NCBI RefSeq assembly: GCF_003790525.1
Contig: NZ_CP033635.1
Length of the DNA: 64,000 nucleotides
DNA from: Escherichia coli
GTDB lineage: Bacteria > Pseudomonadota > Gammaproteobacteria > Enterobacterales > Enterobacteriaceae
Strand: one strand, 5' to 3'
The position numbers were made by a program, and so were the translations under genes. This document shows, piece by piece, positions 13,889-25,596 of the stretch (position 1 is its first letter; every line of letters starts with the position of its first letter). The notes beneath the pieces were generated by a model that had not been told where the DNA came from, searched no databases, and saw only the letters and a program-made list of their open reading frames with translations.

Positions 13889-14308
13889 TCACTTTTTGTT
13901 AGGGCGAATCACAGGTGCTGCTTTATCGAGTACGCCGTTGACGAACTTATGGCTGTCTTCTGCGCCGAACGATTTCGCCAGTTCGATCGCTTCGTTAATG
14001 GCCACTTTGTATGGCACATCGCTACGTTTAGACAGCTCGTACAGCGCAATGCGCAGTACTGCTTTTTCTACCTGGCCCAGTTCTTCCAGCAGGCGGGACA
14101 GGTATGGCTTCATCAGTCCGTCGAGGTATGCGGTGTTAGTCGCCACCCCGGCCAGCAGCTCACGGAAGTACAGGACGTCAACGTCTTTTACATCCTGTTC
14201 AGCCAGGAACTGGTATTCAACATCAGCGATGTCGTTCTGGGACAACTGCCAGGAGTAGAGCGCCTGGACGGCACACTCACGAGCGCGGCGACGAGCAGCA
14301 GGTTTCAC
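13889..14308 (-). CDS. nusB: Transcription antitermination factor NusB
   Basis: 139 aa, [23 protein letters not shown]... Confidence 0.95.
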
Positions 14309-14327
14309 GGATTTCCCCTTACTAATT

Positions 14328-14798
14328 TCAGGCCTTGATGGCTTTCAATACATTAATCATTTCAAGCGCAGTCAGTGCAGCTTCTGCACCTTTGTTGCCA
14401 GCTTTGGTGCCAGCACGTTCGATCGCTTGTTCAATGCTTTCAGTGGTCAGAACACCAAAAGCAACCGGAATTTCGCTGTCCTGGGCAACATGCGCCAGGC
14501 CGTTGCTTGCACCACCAGCGACATATTCAAAGTGGGCAGTGCCACCACGAATAACCGTACCCAGCGCAATCACCGCGTCGTATTTACCGGTTTTAGCCAG
14601 TGCACCCGCCGCCAGCGGCAGCTCATAGGCACCAGGCACCCAAACAACGGTAATGTTTTCATCTTTTACCTGACCGATACGTTTCAGTGCGTCAATTGCA
14701 CCTTCCAGCAGGCTGTCATTGATAAAGTTGTTGAAACGCGCGATGGTGATGGCGACGCGAGCGTCCGGGGTAGCAACGTTAGCTTCAATAATGTTCAT
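14328..14798 (-). CDS. ribE: 6,7-dimethyl-8-ribityllumazine synthase
   Basis: Conserved protein starts [23 protein letters not shown] at ATG 14798 (156 aa); the track ORF is over-extended to 14894. Confidence 0.93.
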
Positions 14799-14886
14799 TT
14801 TCTTCCTTCGGGTTCGAGTATGGCCCCGCAGGGGGGCGGATTTTAGCATAATATTTCGTGCTCTGCTTCCCTTTCGAGCCGGGAGA

Positions 14887-15990
14887 TCATGCACCCACTA
14901 AATGCAGGCAAACATCCGGGCCTACATGACGTATCTCTTTGAATTTAAATTGGGGGGCGTCGGCTAATTTCTCAAGCCCTGGCAGCGAGCATAATCCACG
15001 GGCGTCGCTGCCTAATAGTTTAGGTGCGATATAGACAATCAGCTCATCGACTAACCCCGCCTGTAGCAATGCGCCAGCGAGCGTTGGCCCCGCTTCCACC
15101 CAGATGCTGTTAATTTGCTGTTTACCCAGTTGCATCATCAGTACAACCAGATCCAGATGACCTTTATGCTCTGGAATCAGCAAGGTACGCACCGTTTCCG
15201 GCCACTCACGAGAATCATCCTGAGTACGCGCGAACCAAGTTTCGCCGGGCTGCTGCACAATGCGATGTTCCGGCGTCACGCGATTTTGGCTATCAATCAC
15301 AATACGTATCGGCTGACGGAGATTTTGTTGCGGATAGAGCGCCTGAGTTTGTTCATCCAGTTCAGACCAACGCACTGTTAAGGCTGGATCATCCGCCAGC
15401 ACCGTGGCGCTGCTGGTTAAAATGGCATGACTTTGTGCGCGCAGTCGTTGTACGTCGCGCCGCGCCTGAGGCGAAGTGATCCACTGGCTTTCGCCGCTCG
15501 CCATCGCCGTGCGGCCATCAAGCGATGCGCCAAGTTTTAACTGAATATAAGGAAAGCCGGTGCGCATCCGCTTGAGAAAGCCTTTATTCAATTGCTCGGC
15601 TTCACTCATCATCAACCCGTGGCTGACGTCAATACCAGCCTGTTGTAGACGGTAAAGTCCACGCCCAGCGACCTGCGGATTGGGGTCTTGCATTGCAGCA
15701 ACCACGCGCGCCACGCCCGCAGCAATTAATGCATCACAACACGGTGGCGTACGACCATGATGGCTACAGGGTTCGAGTGTGACATACGCCGTTGCGCCTT
15801 TGGCTTTTTCGCCGGCCATGCGCAACGCGTGTACCTCGGCATGCGGTTCACCCGCTCGTTGATGGTAACCTTCACCGACAGTTTCGCCATCTTTGACAAT
15901 GACGCACCCGACATTCGGGTTGGGATGCGTGGTAAAACGTCCTCGTTGCGCCAGCTTTAGCGCCCGCGCCATGTAATACTCGTCCTGCAC
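14887..15990 (-). CDS. ribD: Bifunctional riboflavin biosynthesis deaminase/reductase
   Basis: 367 aa with CMP/dCMP deaminase zinc motif (HAEVHAL ... [11 protein letters not shown]). Confidence 0.93.
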
Positions 15991-15993
15991 GGC

Positions 15994-16479
<486 letters not shown>

Positions 16480-16593
16480 TTACCCTGAACTGACGATACA
16501 ACAAAGGCGCAACGCTTTTGAGATAAAGGATCGATGCTTTCACTGCTTTTACCCTCTACCATTAGGCTAATTGCGACGAGAAAGGGACGACCT

Positions 16594-16722
16594 ATGAATA
16601 CTAACGTTTTTCGACTGCTCCTGCTGGGAAGCCTGTTCAGCCTTAGCGCCTGTGTGCAGCAAAGCGAAGTGCGGCAGATGAAACACAGCGTCAGCACACT
16701 GAACCAGGAGATGACGCAACTC
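16594..16722 (+). pseudogene. yajI: 5' fragment of lipoprotein gene yajI, interrupted by an IS200/IS605-family element
   Basis: MNTNVFRLLLLGSLFSLSAC lipoprotein signal; the frame continues into IS-derived sequence after codon 43 (MTQL, 16711-16722). Confidence 0.75.
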
Positions 16723-16733
16723 ATTGACATCCT

Positions 16734-16753
16734 CCACGCCCTGAAGGACGTGG
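16734..16753. repeat. Subterminal hairpin at the tnpB-proximal end of the IS element (right-end type)
   Basis: ccacg / cgtgg stem with loop ccctgaagga, about 11 nt inside the inferred end. Confidence 0.6.
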
Positions 16754-16766
16754 ATCCCTGCTACGT

Positions 16767-17975
16767 TCAGGCTGTCGCCTGAATCATTTCGGTGGGTTCC
16801 TGCTTCAACGGGCGGCCTGACTGCACCATCCCTCCACAGGCAAGAACGGCGTGCCCCGCCGCTAAAATGTTACGAGCGCCATTTACATCGGCGTTCGCTG
16901 TATATCCACATACCTGGCATCTGAATTGACTTTGTGACAGGCGATTTTCTTTCGCTGTATGACCACAGCACGTGCAACGCTGGCTTGTGTACGCTGGCGG
17001 AACAGCAAGCACCTGACCGCCACGCCAGAGCTGCTTGTACTCAAGCTGGCGGCGCATTTCATACCAGCCCTGATCCAGTACCGAACGGTTTAAACCTGAT
17101 TTTGCCCGGACATTGCGTCCCGGCTGGCTGACCGTACCCGCTGCTGACTTTGACATGTTGCTGACCTTCAAATCCTCAATGACTATCATTGCGTGGTTTT
17201 TGCTGACGGTCGTTGTGACTTTGTGAAGGTAGTCCCTGCGGATATTTGCGATACGGGAATGCAGTCGCTGTATTTTGCGTTTCTGCTTCTGCCAGTTATT
17301 GCTGAATTCGACCTTGCGGCTTAACTGTCGCTGAAGTCTCGCCAGCGTCTTCTGGTTTTTCTGAAAACTGTTTACAGGCTCAAAGACTGTGCCATCTGAC
17401 AGCGTGGCGAGTTTAGCCACGCCAGCATCCAGCCCGACCATTGATGCTGAAGGGTGAACCGGAGTGGATACTTCACTTTCTGTCTGAATACTGATGTACC
17501 ACTTACCGCAGGACTGGCTGACAGTGACATTTTTCACAACACCCGTGACCTGGCGGCTGTTCCGGTAGCGCATCCAGCCCAGTTTCGGCAGAAAAATACG
17601 GCTGTTTTCCTGATCGAGCTTAACGCCCTGCGGGTAGCGGAATGCATCATTCTGTCCCCGCTTTTTGAATCGGGGAAAAGCAGCCCGCTTCTGGAAGAAG
17701 TTTTTGTAAGCCCGCTCAAGGTCTTTCAGTGACTGTTGCAATGGCTGTGAGGGCGAATCTTTAAGCCATTGCGTTCCAGTGGCGTTTTTCCACTCAACCA
17801 GCCAGGAAGCCATTTTCCCGTAAGGGATGTATTTATTACCGGCCTCATGATTCTCATTCTGAAGCGCCAGAGCACGATTGAAAACGAAACGACATGCGCC
17901 TGCGAAGCGCCTCATTTCATGCTCCTGTTGACCACCGGGTCTTAACTGGAATTTAAATGCCTGTAGTCGTTTCAC
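16767..17975 (-). CDS. tnpB: TnpB (OrfB) RNA-guided endonuclease of an IS200/IS605-family element
   Basis: 402 aa; RuvC-like motifs ([23 protein letters not shown]) and a C-terminal CxxC...CxxC zinc finger; N-terminal KFQLRP...RFVFNRAL helix; GTG start at 17975. Confidence 0.88.
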   Translation of the reverse strand: MKRLQAFKFQLRPGGQQEHEMRRFAGACRFVFNRALALQNENHEAGNKYIPYGKMASWLVEWKNATGTQWLKDSPSQPLQQSLKDLERAYKNFFQKRAAFPRFKKRGQNDAFRYPQGVKLDQENSRIFLPKLGWMRYRNSRQVTGVVKNVTVSQSCGKWYISIQTESEVSTPVHPSASMVGLDAGVAKLATLSDGTVFEPVNSFQKNQKTLARLQRQLSRKVEFSNNWQKQKRKIQRLHSRIANIRRDYLHKVTTTVSKNHAMIVIEDLKVSNMSKSAAGTVSQPGRNVRAKSGLNRSVLDQGWYEMRRQLEYKQLWRGGQVLAVPPAYTSQRCTCCGHTAKENRLSQSQFRCQVCGYTANADVNGARNILAAGHAVLACGGMVQSGRPLKQEPTEMIQATA

Positions 17976-18045
17976 AGGTCAAATTATATTTTGGTCTGTG
18001 AAAAAAGAAACCGATATCCGGCGTGGAAGGCATTGTGTTTTCCTG

Positions 18046-18420
18046 ATGCATGTTCACCTGGTCTTTGTCCCAAATACCGACGCCAGATTTTTGACCATGA
18101 CGCGACAGAAAAACTACGCACTTACTTTTCAAATGTATGTGCTGATTTTGAAGCTGAACGGGTTGAAATGGATGGCGAACCAGATCACGTCCATTTGTTA
18201 ATTAACTATCCTCCCAAACTGGCGATATCCAGTCTGGTAAACAGCCTCAAAGGTGTATCGGGTAGGTGACTGCGACGAGATCGACCAGATATTGCAGTCA
18301 GGTATTACTACAAAGGCGTTTTGTGGAGTCCTGGCTATTTTGCCAGTAGCTGCGGAGGTGCGCCAATATCCGTCATCCGCCAATACATTGAACAACAGCA
18401 AACACCTGGTCAGGTGGAAA
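18046..18420 (+). pseudogene. tnpA: IS200-type HUH (Y1) transposase tnpA, disrupted by at least two frameshifts
   Basis: Conserved segments are split across three frames: MHVHLVFVP (frame of 18046), PKYRRQIF...EPDHVHLLINYPPKL...SLKGVS (frame of 17991) and WSPGYFASSCGGAPISVIRQYIEQQ (frame of 18321). The first shift coincides with the aaa run at 18071-18073. Confidence 0.75.
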
Positions 18421-18434
18421 ACCGCGCCTTATAT

Positions 18435-18454
18435 CCCCGCCCTGAAGGACGGGG
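18435..18454. repeat. Subterminal hairpin at the tnpA-proximal end of the IS element (left-end type)
   Basis: ccccg / cgggg stem with the same ccctgaagga loop as at the other end, about 19 nt inside the inferred end. Confidence 0.6.
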
Positions 18455-18472
18455 TTTTACGGCGCACCGGAT

Positions 18473-18880
18473 AAAGAAACCGTCAAAATCACTCAGCAAA
18501 ACAGGCTGAATGCAAAATCCAGCAGTGGGGTTTACCTTCTGCCTGGAGCGAAAACACCGGCAAGACTGGAAAGCCAGATCGGTACTTTACGTATGTCGCT
18601 AGTGAATATTACGCATGATACAGATGGCACCACCCTGACGCTACGTATTCAGGGCGAGTCGAATGACCCCTTGCCCGCATTCAGCGGAACTGTTGAATAT
18701 GGGCAAATTCAGGGAACAATAGACAACTTTCAGGAAATCAATTTGCAGAATCAATTGATTAATGCCCCTGCCAGCGTCCTCGTCCCCAGCGATGTTGATA
18801 TTCCGTTACAGTTAAAGGGGATTTCTGTAGAACAGTTAGACTTTGTACGTATCCACGACATTCAACCTGTTATGCAGTAA
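18473..18880 (+). pseudogene. yajI: 3' fragment of yajI downstream of the IS insertion
   Basis: Frame reads ...ETVKITQQNRLNAKSSSGVYLLPGAKTPARLESQIGTLRMSLVNITHDTDG... to a stop at 18878-18880; out of frame with the 5' fragment because of the insertion. Confidence 0.7.
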
Positions 18881-19178
18881 ACGTATAGCGGGGCGATTTT
18901 GTGCGTCCCGCAACATCTTTTCCCGTCATTTTGTTACTCCGCTTACATCACCTGGATTGATAGTAAAAGTTTGCAACAAGGGTGAAAGTCAGTACAATCC
19001 CCGCCCGAATGTGTGTAAACGTGAACGCAATCGATTACGTAAATGATAGAACTGTGAAACGAAACATATTTTTGTGAGCAATGATTTTTATAATAGGCTC
19101 CTCTGTATACGAAATATTTAGAAACGCAATTTGCGCCTTTTTCACTCCCGCAAGGGATTTTCAAACAGTGGCATACAT

Positions 19179-20063
19179 ATGAAAAAAACATTACTGGCAG
19201 CCGGTGCGGTACTGGCGCTCTCTTCGTCTTTTACTGTCAACGCAGCTGAAAACGACAAACCGCAGTATCTTTCCGACTGGTGGCACCAGAGCGTTAACGT
19301 TGTCGGAAGCTATCACACCCGTTTCGGACCGCAGATCCGCAACGATACCTACCTTGAGTACGAAGCATTCGCTAAAAAAGACTGGTTCGACTTCTATGGT
19401 TATGCGGATGCGCCGGTATTCTTCGGCGGTAACTCCGATGCAAAAGGTATCTGGAACCACGGTTCTCCGCTGTTTATGGAAATCGAACCGCGTTTCTCCA
19501 TCGACAAACTGACCAATACTGACCTTAGCTTCGGTCCGTTCAAAGAGTGGTACTTCGCGAACAACTACATTTACGACATGGGTCGTAATAAAGATGGTCG
19601 CCAGAGCACCTGGTACATGGGTCTGGGTACCGACATCGATACTGGTCTGCCGATGAGCCTGTCCATGAACGTCTATGCGAAATACCAGTGGCAGAACTAT
19701 GGCGCAGCGAACGAAAACGAGTGGGACGGTTACCGTTTCAAAATTAAATACTTTGTGCCGATTACCGATCTGTGGGGCGGTCAGCTGAGCTACATCGGCT
19801 TCACCAACTTCGACTGGGGTTCCGATTTAGGGGATGACAGCGGTAACGCAATCAACGGTATTAAGACCCGTACTAATAACTCTATCGCTTCCAGCCATAT
19901 TCTGGCTCTGAACTACGATCATTGGCACTACTCTGTCGTAGCTCGTTACTGGCACGACGGTGGTCAGTGGAACGACGATGCAGAACTGAACTTCGGCAAC
20001 GGCAACTTCAACGTTCGCTCTACCGGCTGGGGTGGTTACCTGGTAGTAGGTTACAACTTCTAA
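19179..20063 (+). CDS. tsx: Nucleoside-specific outer membrane channel Tsx
   Basis: 294 aa with signal peptide [22 protein letters not shown] and beta-barrel ending ...[10 protein letters not shown]; the track ORF begins at an upstream TTG. Confidence 0.93.
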
Positions 20064-20073
20064 TTGTGAGAAT

Positions 20074-20099
20074 GCCGGATTTCATATCCGGCATTTTTT
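20074..20099 (+). terminator. Rho-independent terminator after tsx
   Basis: gccggat (20074-20080) / atccggc (20086-20092) stem, loop ttcat, followed by a T-run. Confidence 0.65.
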
Positions 20100-20100
20100 A

Positions 20101-20448
20101 TCACTTCTTCTTGTTCATCATCGCTTTCAGGTCAGCGAATGGGTTGTACTTCGCTTCACCGACATCTTTCTGCGCATCTTCCCCTGCGATAACGGTCGTA
20201 CCATACTGATCCGCTTCGGTATATTTCGAATGCTCATGATCGTGGCAATAGAGACAAAGCAATTCCCAGTTACTGCCATCTTCCGGGTTATTGGTATGGT
20301 CGTGATCAATGTGGTGAACGGTAAGTTCACGCAGGTTGGAATAAACAAACTCACGGGAACAGCGACCGCAGACCCACGGATAGATTTTTAATGCTTTTTC
20401 GCGATAGCCGCTTTCTAACCGCGCATAGTTTTTTGGGATGATAGCCAT
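20101..20448 (-). CDS. yajD: HNH-family nuclease-like protein YajD
   Basis: 115 aa with the HNH signature (VHHIDHDHTNN ... CLYCHDHEH). Confidence 0.9.
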   Translation of the reverse strand: MAIIPKNYARLESGYREKALKIYPWVCGRCSREFVYSNLRELTVHHIDHDHTNNPEDGSNWELLCLYCHDHEHSKYTEADQYGTTVIAGEDAQKDVGEAKYNPFADLKAMMNKKK

Positions 20449-20535
20449 GAAAAGTTACCTGGATGAAATGTAGGGTTACGCGCAGTTTCCCAAGATGCGG
20501 GGATTTTCGCAATCCTGAGTCAAGAAATTCTCACA

Positions 20536-20850
20536 TTACCAGTGACGGCGAGGTTCCATCAGCTGATGAAGAATGCGCGCAATGAGAATGTCATCGACTC
20601 TTATAACGTAATAAACAGTGTGAAACCTAAATGCGATCTTCTTTACCTCTGGAATCGCATCATAGTCTTGCCCTATCTCGGGCATTTGAGAGAGTGTATC
20701 CAGAAAAATGCCGAGAGAGTCGGTATAGCGATCCGCCTGCTCCTCACCAAACTTTCCCAGCGTGTAGTCATAGATCCCTCTGAAATCTTCAACAGCTTTT
20801 CCGCTAAGCTTATACACGATGTTTTTGCTTCCTTTCTGCTGCGATATCAC
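20536..20850 (-). CDS. ParE/RelE-superfamily type II toxin
   Basis: About 100 aa with a ParE-like profile (KNIVYKLSGKAVEDFRGIYDYT ... RFHTVYYVIRVDDILIARILHQ); only in-frame start is GTG at 20850, overlapping the antitoxin 3' end by 41 nt, so the start is uncertain. Confidence 0.65.
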   Translation of the reverse strand: MISQQKGSKNIVYKLSGKAVEDFRGIYDYTLGKFGEEQADRYTDSLGIFLDTLSQMPEIGQDYDAIPEVKKIAFRFHTVYYVIRVDDILIARILHQLMEPRRHW

Positions 20851-21052
20851 GAAGCGTCATCGAACTTTCACCGCTCTCAAGACCTTCAATAACAGCATTT
20901 CTGACAGCTTCATCCCTGGATTCTTGTTGTTCCAATAGACGAAGCGCTGAACGCATTACTTCACTGGCCGAGCCATAACGACCAGACTGGACCATCCGTG
21001 TAATAAAACTATCTAATTGTTCGCCAACGCTTACTGAGGTAATTTTGCGCAT
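20810..21052 (-). CDS. ParD/CopG-like ribbon-helix-helix antitoxin
   Basis: 80 aa, ...SFITRMVQSGRYGSASEVMRSALRLLEQQE... typical of the ParD antitoxin family; ATG at 21052 with ggagat Shine-Dalgarno; immediately upstream of the ParE-like toxin. Confidence 0.7.
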   Translation of the reverse strand: MRKITSVSVGEQLDSFITRMVQSGRYGSASEVMRSALRLLEQQESRDEAVRNAVIEGLESGESSMTLRDIAAERKQKHRV

Positions 21053-21202
21053 AAGCGATCTCCATGTATTAACTATTAATACAAAGTATATGTCAGAACT
21101 CTTTCTACAACCAAACCGTATTCAGTTGCATGTGAAACAGGCAAAAAAAACCGCAGCGCAAATACGCCACGGTTTTTTTAACAGAACGGATTTAAAACAC
21201 CC

Positions 21203-22174
21203 TTAAGGCAGAATTGACGGCTGATCCGCCCCTTCTTTTTCCACTTTCTGCTGCAGCATGTGTTCGCGCTTCATACCCAGTTTCAGAGCCAGCGCCGATG
21301 CTACGTAGATGGAAGATGCAGTACCGATGGAAACACCGATAAGCATGGTCAGCGAGAAGCCTTCCAGTACCGGACCACCGAAGAGGTACAGCATCAGGAT
21401 AACCATCAAGGTAGTACCGGATGTGATCAAGGTACGGTGCAGCGTCTGGGTCAAGGACACGTTAAAGATTTCGTAAGGCGTACCGCGACGGATCTTGCGG
21501 AAGTTTTCACGAATACGGTCCGATACCACGATACTGTCGTTAAGCGAGTAACCGATAACTGACATCAACGATGCCACAATGGTCAGGTCAATCTCGATAT
21601 GGAATAACGACAAAATACCCAGCGTAATGATAACGTCGTGCGCCAGCGCAATAACAACCCCTGCCGCCAGTCGCCACTCAAAGCGGAAACCTACGTACAC
21701 GAGGATAGACAGCAGCGCCGCCATCAACGCCATCGCACCGGTTTGCGCAAGGTCTGCCCCCACGCTCGGCCCGACGAACTCAATACGCTTCACTGCCGCA
21801 TTCTGATTGGTGGATTCGTTAATCACCTTCAGAACCTGGCTGCCCAGCACCTGACCGCCGGTTTCGCCTTCAGCAGGCGGCATACGGACCATGATGTCGT
21901 GGCTGCTACCAAAGTTTTGCAGCATCGGCTCTTCAAAACCGGCTTTTTGCAATGCATCACGCATTACGTCAATTTCAGCCGGTTTTTCGAGCGTAATTTC
22001 AATAACCGTACCACCGGTGAAATCCAGCCCCCAGTTAAAGCCGCGCACGCCCATAATAACGATAGCGGCGATTAACAGCAGACCAGAGATGCCGAAAGCC
22101 CAGTAGTCCCAGCGCATAAAGTCATAGACTTTACGGCCGTGGTTTAGTTGTTCAACAGTATATTCCTGTGCCAC
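21203..22174 (-). CDS. secF: Protein translocase subunit SecF
   Basis: Conserved protein begins (V/M)[21 protein letters not shown] at GTG 22174 (323 aa); the track ORF is over-extended. Confidence 0.92.
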
Positions 22175-22184
22175 ATCGCACTCC

Positions 22185-24032
22185 TCAGATTGACAGCTTC
22201 TTGACGCGCTTGCCGCCATATAGCAGGTTTACGATGGCACGCGTACCGACAATCGCGGTAAACATCGACGTCGCCACACCGATACCGGTAGTAATCGCGA
22301 ACCCTTTAATTGCCCCGGTACCCACTGCGTACAGGATGATGACTTTAATCAGCGTGGTGATGTTCGCATCGAAGATGGAACTGAATGCGCCACGATAACC
22401 TTCATCAATTGCCTGTTGAACAGTACGTCCGTTGCTCAACTCTTCTTTAATACGTTCGTTGATCAGTACGTTCGCGTCGACCGCTACCGCAAGGGTTAAG
22501 ACGATACCCGCGATACCTGGCATACTCAGCGTTGCGCCTGGCAACAGCGACATAATACCGACGATCAAGATCAAGTTGGCAATCAGAGCACTGGTCGCAA
22601 TCAGACCAAACTTCTTATAGAAGATGATCATGAACAGAATAGAAACCAGCAGACCGGCAAGGCAAGCCTCCAGCCCCTGCTCAATGTTCTGCATACCCAG
22701 GGTCGGGCCAATTGTACGTTCTTCAACAATCTGAATCGGCGCGATCAACGCACCGGCACGCAGCAGCAGTGACAGCTGACGGGCTTCGTTCGGGTTGTTG
22801 ATGCCGGTGATACGGAAGCTGTTACCCAGACGAGACTGGATGTTAGCGATGTTAATCACCTCTTCCTGTTTCACCAGAACCGCACGACCGTTAGCATCTT
22901 TCTTGCCGCTGTCTTTGTACTCCACAAACAGGGTCGCCATCGGTTTGCCGATGTTGTCCTTGGTGAAGTTAGACATAATGTTGCCACCTGCGCTGTCGAG
23001 CGAGATGTTAACCTGCGGCTGGTTGTATTCGTCCTGGCTGGAAGTGGAGTCGGTGATATGGTCACCGGTCAGAATTACGCGTTTGTACAGCACAACCGGC
23101 TGACCTTCGCGGGTCTGTTTCACTTCAGAGTCGCCCGGTACGCGGCCGGATGCCGCAGCGGCCTGATCAACGTTGGTGTTTACCAGACGGAATTCCAGCG
23201 TTGCCGTCGCACCCAGAATCTCTTTCGCACGCGCGGTGTCCTGAATACCTGGCAGTTCAACAACGATACGGTCAGCACCCTGACGCTGAACCACCGGCTC
23301 CGCCACGCCAAGTTGGTTTACACGGTTACGCAGGATATTAATGTTCTGCTGCACCGCATATTCACGCGCTTCACTCAGACGAGCATCGCTCATTACCGCA
23401 CGCAGCTGGTTGCTGCCCTGGCTGCTAATCACCAGGTCCGGATGGCGCTTGCTCAGATACGCAATGGCTTCATCACGAGCTTTAGCATCGCGGAAAGTGA
23501 TGCTCAGGCCGTAGTTGTTTTCTTTACGAACGGTGGTATACGGGATGCCCTTTTCACGCAGGTCGCTGCGCAGGCTATCGATATTTTGTTCCTGGAGTTT
23601 GCCAAGCGCGGTGTCCATATCCACTTCCATCAGGAAGTGAACGCCGCCACGCAGGTCAAGGCCGAGCTTCATCGGCTCAGCGTGAATAGCTGCCAGCCAG
23701 CGCGGCGTTGCCGGGGCAAGGTTAAGCGCCACGACGTATTTGTCACCCATAACGCCCATTAATGCTTCACGAGCGCGCAGCTGGGTGTCAGTGGAGTCGA
23801 AGCGCGCAAGAATAGCGCCCTCTTCCAGTGCCACAGACTTAGCAGTTATTTTTTCTTCTTGTAACGTTTTCTGGACCTGGATCAGCGTTTGCTCACTGGC
23901 GGCGACTCCGCGCGCACCAGTGATCTGAACAGCCGGATCCTCACCAAACAGGTTGGGAAGCGCATACAGCAGACCGATGACAATCACCACGATCAGCATG
24001 ACGTACTTCCACAAAGGATAACGGTTTAACAC
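22185..24032 (-). CDS. secD: Protein translocase subunit SecD
   Basis: 615 aa, [27 protein letters not shown]... Confidence 0.95.
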   Translation of the reverse strand: MLNRYPLWKYVMLIVVIVIGLLYALPNLFGEDPAVQITGARGVAASEQTLIQVQKTLQEEKITAKSVALEEGAILARFDSTDTQLRAREALMGVMGDKYVVALNLAPATPRWLAAIHAEPMKLGLDLRGGVHFLMEVDMDTALGKLQEQNIDSLRSDLREKGIPYTTVRKENNYGLSITFRDAKARDEAIAYLSKRHPDLVISSQGSNQLRAVMSDARLSEAREYAVQQNINILRNRVNQLGVAEPVVQRQGADRIVVELPGIQDTARAKEILGATATLEFRLVNTNVDQAAAASGRVPGDSEVKQTREGQPVVLYKRVILTGDHITDSTSSQDEYNQPQVNISLDSAGGNIMSNFTKDNIGKPMATLFVEYKDSGKKDANGRAVLVKQEEVINIANIQSRLGNSFRITGINNPNEARQLSLLLRAGALIAPIQIVEERTIGPTLGMQNIEQGLEACLAGLLVSILFMIIFYKKFGLIATSALIANLILIVGIMSLLPGATLSMPGIAGIVLTLAVAVDANVLINERIKEELSNGRTVQQAIDEGYRGAFSSIFDANITTLIKVIILYAVGTGAIKGFAITTGIGVATSMFTAIVGTRAIVNLLYGGKRVKKLSI

Positions 24033-24059
24033 GGCAATTCCCTTAGGGAAAAATTTTAA

Positions 24060-24392
24060 TTACAGCGCCTTCATGGTGCCTTTCGGCAGGACGGCAGCTA
24101 CGAAGTCACGTTTAATAACTACTTCAGTGGTGTCATTCAGCGCGATAGCAATGTAGCCGTTTTCCGCTACTTTGGTTACGCGACCAACCAGGCCACCGTT
24201 CGTCAGAACTTCATCACCTTTGGCAATGGAGTCCATCAGCTTTTTGTGTTCTTTGGTGCGCTTCTGCTGTGGACGCAGGATCATGAAATAGAAAATCAGA
24301 CCGAATACCACCAGCATCAAAATCAAAGACATCGGGCTACCTTGCGCCGGTGCACCCGTTGCCGCTACCGCATCAGAAATAAAAAAGCTCAT
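24060..24392 (-). CDS. yajC: Sec translocon accessory subunit YajC
   Basis: 110 aa, MSFFISDAVAATGAPAQGSPMSLILMLVVFGLIFYFMILRPQQKR; ATG at 24392. Confidence 0.93.
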   Translation of the reverse strand: MSFFISDAVAATGAPAQGSPMSLILMLVVFGLIFYFMILRPQQKRTKEHKKLMDSIAKGDEVLTNGGLVGRVTKVAENGYIAIALNDTTEVVIKRDFVAAVLPKGTMKAL

Positions 24393-24414
24393 TAAATTTC
24401 CCTCATTATTAATA

Positions 24415-25557
<1,143 letters not shown>

Positions 25558-25596
25558 TCAGAAAAACAGTCCAACGTTTAAACCAGCGCCGCGGAA

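Larger units (their letters stand above)
16723..18472 (-). mobile_element. IS200/IS605-family insertion sequence (tnpB intact, tnpA frameshifted) inserted in yajI
   Basis: Carries tnpB and tnpA remnants; ends carry matching subterminal hairpins (16734-16753 and 18435-18454); yajI coding sequence resumes about 18473. Boundaries are approximate to within a few nt. Confidence 0.75.

Noticed and set aside
14328-14894. N-terminally extended ORFs in the track (ribE shown here; likewise secF, yajC, yaiI, proC, sbcD, araJ, rdgC, mak, yajQ, tsx, yaiZ)
   Set aside because: The conserved protein begins at an internal ATG/GTG with a recognisable Shine-Dalgarno; the upstream extensions have no conservation and often start at alternative codons.
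18943-19191. 82-aa Cys/His-rich minus-strand ORF upstream of tsx
   Set aside because: Falls in the tsx promoter region and overlaps the tsx start; composition looks like a random AT-rich frame.
23058-23762. 234-aa plus-strand ORF
   Set aside because: Antisense to secD. The same applies to other long ORFs inside malZ (29669-30295), proY (31411-32043), ispA (8650-9327), proC (47478-48233) and sbcC (39467-39907).
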